Source: Verrucomicrobiales bacterium (GTDB taxonomy: Bacteria; Verrucomicrobiota; Verrucomicrobiia; Verrucomicrobiales; V1-33). From it: DNA of 15,485 bases. The stretch spans positions 1-15,485 of the forward strand of contig JANOAV010000163.1 of assembly GCA_031411295.1 (NCBI GenBank), given 5' to 3'. Position numbers and translations under genes: made by a program. Below the pieces are notes generated by a model. The model ran no database searches, was not told the origin of the DNA, and saw only the letters and a program-made list of their open reading frames with translations. Shown piece after piece: positions 1 through 7,700 of the stretch (position 1 is the first letter of the stretch; every line of letters starts with the position of its first letter).

Positions 1-123
1 TGCGGCGAAATTGGAAAAGAATGCGGGAAGCGGCAGGGAGTTATGGGGCATCCGCCCAATCCATCAGAAGCTGGCAGGGCGCCATGGGAAATTACAGAAT
101 TCCAGATATTTTTGAATCCTTAA

Positions 124-143
124 AGGCATTGGGCTTTAGCCCG
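124..143 (-). repeat. Degenerate REP-like palindrome (CGGGC-TAAA-GCCC-AATGCC on the minus strand)
   Basis: The reverse complement reads cgggctaaagcccaatgcct, a variant of the copies at 219-242 and 258-281 in the opposite orientation. Confidence 0.55.
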
Positions 144-218
144 TTCCGAATTCAAGGGAGCATTAACTATTGAGAAACATGCTGTAATGCTTATTTTTTT
201 CGCCTCGGCTTATCGGGA

Positions 219-281
219 CGGGCTGAAGCCCGAACTCCAACGACGATGCTGATGCTGCGGGCTGAAGCCCGAACTCCAACG
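219..281 (+). repeat. Two identical 24-bp REP-like direct repeats (CGGGC-TGAA-GCCCG-AACTCCAACG)
   Basis: Exact copies at 219-242 and 258-281, separated by 15 nt. Each has a 5-bp GC stem, a 4-nt loop and an AACTCC tail, and both are intergenic. Confidence 0.85.
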
Positions 282-362
282 GTTGCTCCAATTTCGTGAA
301 ACTTCGCTCTTGCATTCCCCGGTGGCTGGTTAATCTAGCGGTCCCTAAAAACAACAGCACGT

Positions 363-439
363 CGGGCTGTGGCTCAGCCTGGTAGAGCATTCGCCTGGGG
401 GGCGAGGGGTCGTGGGTTCGAATCCCGCCAGCCCGACCA
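363..439 (+). tRNA. tRNA-Pro (anticodon GGG)
   Basis: 77 nt. Acceptor stem CGGGCTG/CAGCCCG, D-arm GCTC-AGCCTGGTA-GAGC, anticodon arm TTCGC-CTGGGGG-GCGAG, T-loop GGTTCGAATCC, discriminator A and an encoded CCA. Confidence 0.97.
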
Positions 440-453
440 TTTTTTCTTTTCCT

Positions 454-485
454 GGCGCTCAGAGTTCTGAGCGCCTTCGTTATTT
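454..485 (+). terminator. Hairpin downstream of tRNA-Pro (weak intrinsic terminator or processing stem)
   Basis: GGCGCTCAG-agtt-CTGAGCGCC, a 9-bp perfect stem at 454-475, followed by an interrupted T-rich tail (ttcgttattt). Confidence 0.5.
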
Positions 486-503
486 CCCGCAGAATTTAAG
501 TTT

Positions 504-1544
504 ATGAAGCAGACCAAAGTGGCAATCATTGGGGCCAGTGGCTACACGGGCGAAGAACTGGTGCGGTATCTGCTCCAGCACCCGAACGTGGAGCTGACGG
601 GGGTTACCTCCCGGCAGTATGCGGGGAAAACGATTGGGGAAGTTTACCCGCGGTTCCGGCAAACGGGTCCCAGCGCGCTGGTGAAGTTTATCCTGCCGGA
701 CGTGGCGGCAGTGGTCGCGACCGGGGCGGAAGTGGCGTTCCTGGCGGTGCCTCACGGGGTGGCGATTGAATATGCCGGAGCGCTGCTGGACGCAGGTCTG
801 GTGGTGATCGATCTCAGTGCGGACTTCCGATTGCGGGATGCGGACGTTTACGAAGAGTTCTATGAGCAAGCGCATCCGCGGCCGGATCTGCTGAAGTCCG
901 CGGTCTATGGTCTGCCGGAAGTGTATGCGGACGTCATCCGCACGTCCAACTTGATTGCCAGCCCCGGGTGCTATCCGACGAGTGTGCTGATGCCGTTGCT
1001 GCCGCTGCTGCGGGAGAAGTTGATTCAGCCGGACAGCATCCACGTCTTCAGTATGAGCGGCGTGAGTGGCGCGGGACGCAAAGAGTCCATCCCGTTGCTG
1101 TTCTGTGAATGCAACGAAAGCGTGCGGCCTTACAGCGTGCCGAAGCATCGCCATCTGAGTGAGATCGAACAGGAACTCAGCTTGGCGGCGGGGGAGAAGA
1201 TTGTCATTTCCTTCACGACGCATCTGGTGCCGGTGCACAGTGGGATTGTGACCACGATCTATGCTGCGCCTACGGAGCAAGCAGTGGATCTGAATGAAGC
1301 TTACAGCCGGGCTTATGGCGAGGCTCCGTTCGTGCGTTTGCTAGGGAAGGGTGGTTGCCCGGACTCCAAGCATGTGACGGGCACCAATTTTATTGATTTG
1401 GGCTGGGTGCATGATCCACGCACGAATCGGTATGTGCTGATGAGCACGGAGGACAACATTGGCAAAGGAGCCGCCGCGCAAGCCGTGCAGAGTTTCAATC
1501 TGCGCTTCGGACATGCGGAGACGGCGGGGTTGCGGGTCTTCTGA
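504..1544 (+). CDS. argC: N-acetyl-gamma-glutamyl-phosphate reductase
   Basis: 346 aa. Rossmann motif IIGASGYTGEEL, A(V)PHG, DLSADFRL, YGLPE, catalytic PGCYPT, SGVSGAG, HRHLSEI and DNIGKGAA-QAVQ are all ArgC type-1 hallmarks. Confidence 0.97.
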   Translation: MKQTKVAIIGASGYTGEELVRYLLQHPNVELTGVTSRQYAGKTIGEVYPRFRQTGPSALVKFILPDVAAVVATGAEVAFLAVPHGVAIEYAGALLDAGLVVIDLSADFRLRDADVYEEFYEQAHPRPDLLKSAVYGLPEVYADVIRTSNLIASPGCYPTSVLMPLLPLLREKLIQPDSIHVFSMSGVSGAGRKESIPLLFCECNESVRPYSVPKHRHLSEIEQELSLAAGEKIVISFTTHLVPVHSGIVTTIYAAPTEQAVDLNEAYSRAYGEAPFVRLLGKGGCPDSKHVTGTNFIDLGWVHDPRTNRYVLMSTEDNIGKGAAAQAVQSFNLRFGHAETAGLRVF

Positions 1545-1686
1545 GAGTGGTTGGGCCATTGCAAGAATGAGCAGCCCAGCGAGCTGCGCCACATTCTACT
1601 GAGGGGTGAGGTCAGGAGAGGGCACCAACCAGCCCGCATCATTGCGCCAACTGTTCCAAGCTCACAAGTGATAACTCCCGCCGGAC

Positions 1687-1742
1687 TGGGAGCGGTGGCG
1701 CTCCCATTACAGTGTGGTGAGCGAGGGCGCTCACCCTACAGT
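1687..1742 (-). repeat. Tandem pair of GTAG-like REP hairpins
   Basis: TGGGAGCG-gtgg-CGCTCCCA (1687-1706) and GGTGAGCG-aggg-CGCTCACC (1716-1735), each followed by TACAGT. On the minus strand the second reads GTAG-GGTGAGCG-ccct-CGCTCACC. Confidence 0.65.
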
Positions 1743-1815
1743 TGTATCCACCTAGATAATCTGCTGGCCATGATCACGCAGTTGTGCGTCAGTGAGTGGA
1801 TCGCTTTACCGTCTT

Positions 1816-3102
1816 ATGAAACCCGCTCCTTTCCTGCTCCCACTCCTAGCCGCAATGACCGTTGGGGGAATGCTTTGGCTACAACGTTCGAAAACACAGC
1901 AGATTGTGAACCAACGCTCCATGCTAGAGTCCACGGTGCAACAAGCCCAGGCCCAGGGGATCAAGTCTGTAACCCAGCGGGCGGAAACGCTGGCTAAATC
2001 GCTAGCGACCACCGGCACTACGAGCAATGCCCCGCAGAAACTGGTGCTGGCAGACTTGTTGGCGGCCTTTACAGAAACCAGCGGCATGCCCGACATGCGA
2101 GCGATGCTAAAGTTCCAAGCCGCCATGGAAAGCATGACTGCGCAGGAAATTCAATCCCTGCTGACCGAGGCCGCAACGGCCAAACTAACGGGAAACCAAC
2201 AGAACGGCGTCTTCAATCAATTGCTGTCGGCGTTGGGTAAGAAGGATCCACAACTGGCGTTGGAGGAGGGAATGAAGCTTTCCGAAAGTGGCAGCGAGCG
2301 CAATCTCTACAGCCTCCGTGGCTCATTCGAGAGTTGGATGGGCAAGGATCCGGTGGCTGCCACGGCTTGGTTGGATCAGCAAATTGCAGCGGGAAAAATG
2401 GAGAACACCGCGTTGTCTGGAGCCAATCAGAAACGGATCGGGTTCGAAGTGGGTATCATCGCCACCCAACTCACGAAGAACCCCGCCCTAGCCGAGGCAA
2501 GATTCCAGCAACTCAGTCCAGTGGATCGCAAAGCGGTGTTGGGAAATACCTGGAACTTCGCCACCAGCAGCGAAGGCCAGCAAGGCTACGTGAAACTCGT
2601 GCGCAATGGGGACCTGGAGGCGGCAGAGCAACAGAACCTGCTGTCCAACTATGCGAACAACATCAGCCGGAAAGGTGAACTCAAGGATGTGAGCGAATTT
2701 CTGAAAACATCACAAGCCTCGCCTCAGGAAACGACCAAAATCGTGCAGACGTGCGCGTCAGATCGGTTGCGCGAAAAAATTGGCAAAGACCCGCAAAACC
2801 TCACTTCCGAGAAAACCACCGAGTGGCGCAATTGGGTGGTCCAGAGTGATCCAGAGCATGCGGGCAGCATCATTGGAAAATCGCTCAGCAACGTGGCGCT
2901 GGGAGACAACATCATCGCCACGGTTGAGGCCGTTAGTCCACCGAATCAATTGGATGCCGTCAAGCAGGCTCTCGTTGAATCAGCAGCCGAGAATGTCACG
3001 GGGCTGCGATCACTAGCCGACAGTATCGCAGACGAAACCATTCGGGCTCAAGTGCTCGCCAAGAAGTGGCCCCAACCAAAGACTGAGCAGGAGCAGAAAT
3101 AA
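1816..3102 (+). CDS. Hypothetical membrane-anchored alpha-helical repeat protein (W-x3-DP-x2-A-x2-W type)
   Basis: The ATG at 1816 is preferred over the GTG at 1792. Hydrophobic N-terminus (MKPAPFLLPLLAAMTVGGMLWL), a Q-rich coiled-coil-like segment, then repeats LGKKDPQLAL, WMGKDPVAATAW, LTKNPALAEA and WVVQSDPEHAG. Confidence 0.8.
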   Translation: MKPAPFLLPLLAAMTVGGMLWLQRSKTQQIVNQRSMLESTVQQAQAQGIKSVTQRAETLAKSLATTGTTSNAPQKLVLADLLAAFTETSGMPDMRAMLKFQAAMESMTAQEIQSLLTEAATAKLTGNQQNGVFNQLLSALGKKDPQLALEEGMKLSESGSERNLYSLRGSFESWMGKDPVAATAWLDQQIAAGKMENTALSGANQKRIGFEVGIIATQLTKNPALAEARFQQLSPVDRKAVLGNTWNFATSSEGQQGYVKLVRNGDLEAAEQQNLLSNYANNISRKGELKDVSEFLKTSQASPQETTKIVQTCASDRLREKIGKDPQNLTSEKTTEWRNWVVQSDPEHAGSIIGKSLSNVALGDNIIATVEAVSPPNQLDAVKQALVESAAENVTGLRSLADSIADETIRAQVLAKKWPQPKTEQEQK

Positions 3103-3133
3103 TCCCTTTCCAGAAATCCCACTATCGCCTGAC

Positions 3134-4462
3134 ATGAAAATCTCCTGGTTCATCACTCTTCTAATCCTCGGCGTTGGCACCTACTTTTACCAGCAGGGAC
3201 GCGAGACCGCACGCACCACCGGGGCTTCGCTCGTGGCGGTGCAAAATGCGGCCAAGGAACTGGGACTGGATCTGGCTGCAGCGGCGGAAGGTCGCGTGCT
3301 GGTGGATCCCACGGCTCAGCAAAAGGCCGAGGCGGATGCCATCCTCTTAAGCAAACAACAGCACGAAGCGGAGGTCCGGCAATTTGCCAAAGAGTTAATC
3401 GCCTTTGCCGTCGAGATGAAGCAGCAGGAAAAGTCCCGGGAACCACGCCCACCCGGCTTGGAGAAACGCATGATGGCGATGATGGCGAAGTTCGTGGAAC
3501 TGGACGAAGCGGATATGCGCATCCTGTTGGGAGAAGTGAAAATCACCAGCGCGTTGGACGATAAGACCCGCAAGGAAATGGTCTTCTTTTCCTGCATGAT
3601 GCTCTCGCAGACCAATCCTGCCGCCAGCGTGAAACTCATGGGTGAAGCGCGTGATTTAATGAAAGGAGGAGATGATGGCATGCGCACCCATATGCTCTCC
3701 AATGCCCTCGCCAACTGGGCCAAGAGCGATCCTCAGGCCGCCCTGGCTTGGGCGGATCGCCCGGAAAATGCTGACTTGGTGACCACGGATACGAAGCGCG
3801 GCCTGCTAATCGGCATCGCGCAAACGGATCCACAAAAGGCGCTCGCCTTGGCTCTGAAGCAAGGTGGCGATGGCGACACGCTGAATCGCATCGCAGAGGT
3901 TGCTTCAAAAGATGCGTGGAAGGCTCTGCTGGATGCTGTGCCCGTCACGAACCTCGATGGCGTGTCCGACCCGGCAAAACGCAATAGCCTGCTCAGCGGC
4001 ATGGCCAACAAGTTGAAGGAAACGGGCGTCGAAGCCACTGCGGAATGGATGCGCACGGCCGATCTGAATCAGCAGGATCGTCAGCGCCTGATGCAAAGCA
4101 TTTCAAGCTCGATGTATGGCAAGCAGCCCGCCCCATGGCTTGAATGGATGGGCCGGGAGGAAACGGATCCCGCAATGCTAAAGACCTACACTCGCAACAT
4201 TATTCCTGATTGGACACAGAAGGACTTCAACGGCGTGGGCGAATGGATCAACCAACAACCCAGTGGCAATCTGCGCGAAAGTGCCACCCAATCCTTTGTG
4301 GAAACGTTAGCCCCGCACGAACCCGAGGCCGCTTCCGTCTGGGCGCTCCATTTGCCAGAATCCCCTGACCGCACCAAGTTGCTGCAAACCATCCGCGATT
4401 CATGGAAAAACAAGGACGCCCCCGCTGCGGATGCCTTTGCTGCGCAGCACGGGTTGAGATAA
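3134..4462 (+). CDS. Hypothetical membrane-anchored alpha-helical repeat protein, paralogue of the upstream gene
   Basis: 442 aa, 31 bp after the previous stop. N-terminal TM (MKISWFITLLILGVGTYFY), then repeats LSQTNPAAS, WAKSDPQAALAW, IAQTDPQKAL, WTQKDFNGVGEW, LAPHEPEAASVW and WKNKDAPAADAF. Confidence 0.85.
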   Translation: MKISWFITLLILGVGTYFYQQGRETARTTGASLVAVQNAAKELGLDLAAAAEGRVLVDPTAQQKAEADAILLSKQQHEAEVRQFAKELIAFAVEMKQQEKSREPRPPGLEKRMMAMMAKFVELDEADMRILLGEVKITSALDDKTRKEMVFFSCMMLSQTNPAASVKLMGEARDLMKGGDDGMRTHMLSNALANWAKSDPQAALAWADRPENADLVTTDTKRGLLIGIAQTDPQKALALALKQGGDGDTLNRIAEVASKDAWKALLDAVPVTNLDGVSDPAKRNSLLSGMANKLKETGVEATAEWMRTADLNQQDRQRLMQSISSSMYGKQPAPWLEWMGREETDPAMLKTYTRNIIPDWTQKDFNGVGEWINQQPSGNLRESATQSFVETLAPHEPEAASVWALHLPESPDRTKLLQTIRDSWKNKDAPAADAFAAQHGLR

Positions 4463-4489
4463 TGGGGTGGCCAGGTGGCGGGCTGGGAC

Positions 4490-4621
4490 TAGGGGTGATT
4501 ATTCCACAAGATAAGGCTAGGAGTTCCGCCTTTAGGCGGTTCGAACTGTGTCTGCGCAACCGCCTAAAGGCGGAACTCCGAGCGTCTTGTTTTGTATTGG
4601 GCTGTGGAATAATCACTCCTA
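4490..4621. mobile_element. MITE-like non-autonomous element, 132 bp, with 19-bp TIRs and a 9-bp flanking direct repeat
   Basis: Left end TAGGGGTGATTATTCCACA (4490-4508) and right end TGTGGAATAATCACTCCTA (4603-4621) are 18/19 inverted matches. GGCTGGGAC lies immediately outside both ends (4481-4489 and 4622-4630). Confidence 0.8.
4520..4579. repeat. Inverted REP doublet (REPIN-like) inside the MITE
   Basis: GGAGTTCCGCCTTTAGGCGGTT (4520-4541) and AACCGCCTAAAGGCGGAACTCC (4558-4579) are perfect 22-bp inverted repeats with a 16-nt spacer. Each arm is itself palindromic (CCGCC-4 nt-GGCGG). Confidence 0.9.
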
Positions 4622-4732
4622 GGCTGGGACGGGCCTCGCAAGAAATTTCTCACAATTGGTCCGTTTCTTGCGTTGGGGTAAGGAGGCTTCTTGCGAAGCC
4701 CTCTCCATGACTCACTAACCCTCGTTTCTTTT

Positions 4733-7700
4733 ATGCCTCGCTCCACCACGCTTGATGCCCTCGGTCATACTTCTCCTAACAGTCTGCCGATGGCGCGGGA
4801 GAAGGTGTTGGAGTTGGTTGATTTAAAGTTGGCCTCGCGCGGTCTGACGCCTCCGGGATTGCAGGACGATTACTCCCCGGTGCAGGATTTCGGGCGTTCG
4901 TTGCTGGCGAATTATGAGGAGCGGTTTCGGCTGATTGGGGATGTGCTCTGTCCGTCAGATCAGGCGATTCATGAGTTCCTCGCTGATTACCTGCGGGAAG
5001 AATTTAGCGACGTTTTTGCTCCCGGCGAATTCTTGGTGCCCGCTGGGGCCTTGACTTTGGAGCGCCATGGGTTGGCTCGGGAATTGAGTTTGCCGGTAAA
5101 TTCGGATCGATTCGTCTCACCCATCCTGACGAGTTCCCGGGTGGCGCAAGGGGTATGCCATAATCCGGCCAAGGATCGGCGGACGACGGAGGGGGTGTTT
5201 CATGTGGTGGAAGGTGGCTTGCCGATTCCGGCTGACAAGAAGAGCGTGCCGAAGCGGGCGTTTGCCAAACTGCTGTGGCACGCGCTGCATGCGCCGGATG
5301 ATTTGCTGCGATTGCCTTACACGGCGGAGCAGGCGGAAGCGGATCAGGCGAGAACGTTTGTATCCCTGCTCCTGCGACCCATCATCGGGCCGGAGATCCC
5401 GGGGGTGCAGCGGAAGCGCACCATGGAGATTCGTTTCTTTGCCCCGGGGATCCTGGTGTCTAACTTGGATTTCGTGGAAAGCATCTTTGGCAATGCAGGC
5501 GATCCTTATCTTCCGGAAAATGATGCGCGGCTGGATGTCGGAGTTTGGAGTGGGCACACGGGCTGTGTGATTCTGGCACCGCAGTTGTGCACGGTGAAGA
5601 AAAAGGATTGCGGCTTGCCGCATCGCTCAGAAGCCACGCCTGCGCAGGTGCGCGATGGGATGTGCTGGGAGCATGAGGATGAGTTGTATAATGATGGGTC
5701 GGCGTTTAAGATCGCTTGTCGGGATGCGCGTGGAGTGATGGTGACGCTGATTGCGGACAGTTACTATGGCTACTGCAAGAAGGAGGTGAAGACGCAGATT
5801 AGCTATGCGACGAACCTCTACGGCCAATTCGAAGAGGAGCATGCCGGGGGAGCGTTGGCGTTTCCCTGCTTTGATTTGGGGGAGGACTTTTCCTTAAGCA
5901 GTGAGTTGAATTATCGTTGGGAGGATACGGTGGAGTTGCACGGACACTTGATGGATTTGCAGCCGGAGGGTTATGGGATCGATAAAGTTCACCCTGACAT
6001 TATCTATGTGCCAGAGGACTCCAGAATCTCCCTGCGGAAACAAAATATCCTCTGGTCGAAAACGGATGGAACCACCGCAGAGATCAAGTTACGAGCGGGT
6101 CAGACCTACGTGTTGCCCAGTGGCTACAAGGTGGAAATGATGCAGAGCGTCAAAGGGCAGCGCTGGCGGTTGGTGGGCACGCAGGCGGAGGGAACTTTCT
6201 GCCACAAGCCGTGCACGGTGTCGGGAGGCGGCAAAAGTGAGATTTCCAAATCGCTCTCCGATGCCATGATCACTGGTCCGGTGCTGTTGCAGGATTTTGC
6301 AGAGGACATGAAGTTGGCGCTCAACGTGATGCAGCGGGATTTCGGTGGGCGCTTCAAGAATCCGCACCAGCCTCAGCGGCCCAGTCGTCCGTTGTTAGCA
6401 CCGGAACGCTCCTTCGGCTCGGTGGTGCGCATGCTGACTCCTTCCGAGTCCTTCACGGACGGCTACAATGCCTGGCTCCAGGCGATTCCGCGGCATGTGC
6501 GGGATCTGGTGTTGGTGATCAAGCGTCGCTATCGCGAAAGTTGGGGCGAGGACTGGACGCATCGTTTTAGCGTGGATTCCATTGATGGGCGGCCGGGCAA
6601 TGAGTTGAAATATCGCAATCAAAAGCTCTACACGCGTTATCTGCGCGTCGGGTTCCAGGAGGATGGCACGTGGCGCACGTTTGGCTTGCGCAAAGATTTT
6701 GCCCCAGCCGTAAAGTTGCAGCGGGAGGATGATATCACTGCCTCCGCGGTGGTGCCTGCGGGAGCGTTGCAAGGGTTGCATCCGGGCTTGAAGGAATCGG
6801 CTTACAAATTTAGTGCCAACTGCGAGTATCGGCTATTCCAAAGACCGGATGATGCGGTGATTCGGGGGTATGATCGGGTAACGGAAGCGGACTTCACCAA
6901 GGCGGGGAATTTCTTCAGCAACTACGAACCACTTCCTATCGCTCACGCCAAGGAGATGACCGAGGATGCCATCCGCTTTGGTTTGTTCACGGCACCCTTC
7001 CAGTTGTATTTGCTCAAGTTAGCGAATCGCAATCAACCTGACTACTTCGTTTGCCCGGCCAATCCACGTCTCGTGGAAGGCAAACCCAGCAAGAACCCTC
7101 GTTACTTGCAGACGCGCCCTGATCTCGAGAATCCCCGCCGGGAATATCTGGCAGAGATCGGGGCGCGATTCTATCGCGGCCTTCCAGCGAGTCGTCCGGT
7201 CTTGAGTCCAGTGAGCGCTTTCCTGCCCGGGCGTCGGAATAATCCGGCGGAAGCGGGTTCCGGGATTCGACCGCTGGCAGTCTATGGGCCGATCCACTAT
7301 CAGGAGCTGCCAGAGTTGTTCGCAGACTATATTGCCAGCCTGACAGGGAAGTCTCCCAGCACCACGGGAGCCGGCAGCGAGGGAGCACTAACCAAGAGCC
7401 CGTTCAATGCCATTCTGCCGATTCACGATCTCAATGCCGCGTTGATTTCCGCCATCCTGACGGAGGCGCATGCTTTCAGCAGTGCGGCTGGTCACATCGG
7501 CCGGAAGTTCCGGGTGGATCACGATATTTCCCTGCTGGTGCCGGAAGTGTGGTGCCGGATGCACTTGCATGAGCGGAATCCGGACTGGCTGCTGGATCAT
7601 GGATGCCTGGAGGCGGTGCGGGATCTCAAAGTGGACGGACGTGTGGTTGGGGCGAGTCGCCTAGGGTATCGCATCACGGAAAATTTCATTAAACGCTTCT

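Noticed and set aside
1..51. Possible N-terminus of a minus-strand gene (MPHNSLPLPAFFSNFAA...) running off the window
   Set aside because: Only 17 codons are visible and there is no recognisable motif, so it cannot be supported.
219..281. Mini-CRISPR array
   Set aside because: Only two repeats, a 15-nt low-complexity spacer and no cas genes. The repeat matches the REP architecture seen at 4520-4579.
310..336. Sigma70 promoter for the tRNA (TTGCAT ... TAATCT)
   Set aside because: The spacer is 15 bp, which is suboptimal. The location is plausible but it cannot be assigned confidently.
163..390. 75-aa minus-strand ORF with repeated LEFGLQP
   Set aside because: It overlaps the tRNA antisense, and the peptide repeat is simply the translated REP.
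363..439. tRNA-Pro as the integration site of an island
   Set aside because: There is no integrase and no duplicated tRNA 3' end (only an 8-bp CCAGCCCG near 1630), and the next gene is core argC.
1551..1997. 148-aa ORF between argC and the helical-repeat gene
   Set aside because: It crosses REP hairpins, overlaps the better-supported 1816 CDS in another frame and has no protein-like features.
4248..4749. Short ORFs containing RLKAEL/SSAFRR
   Set aside because: These are translations of the MITE/REP palindrome on both strands. None resembles a transposase.
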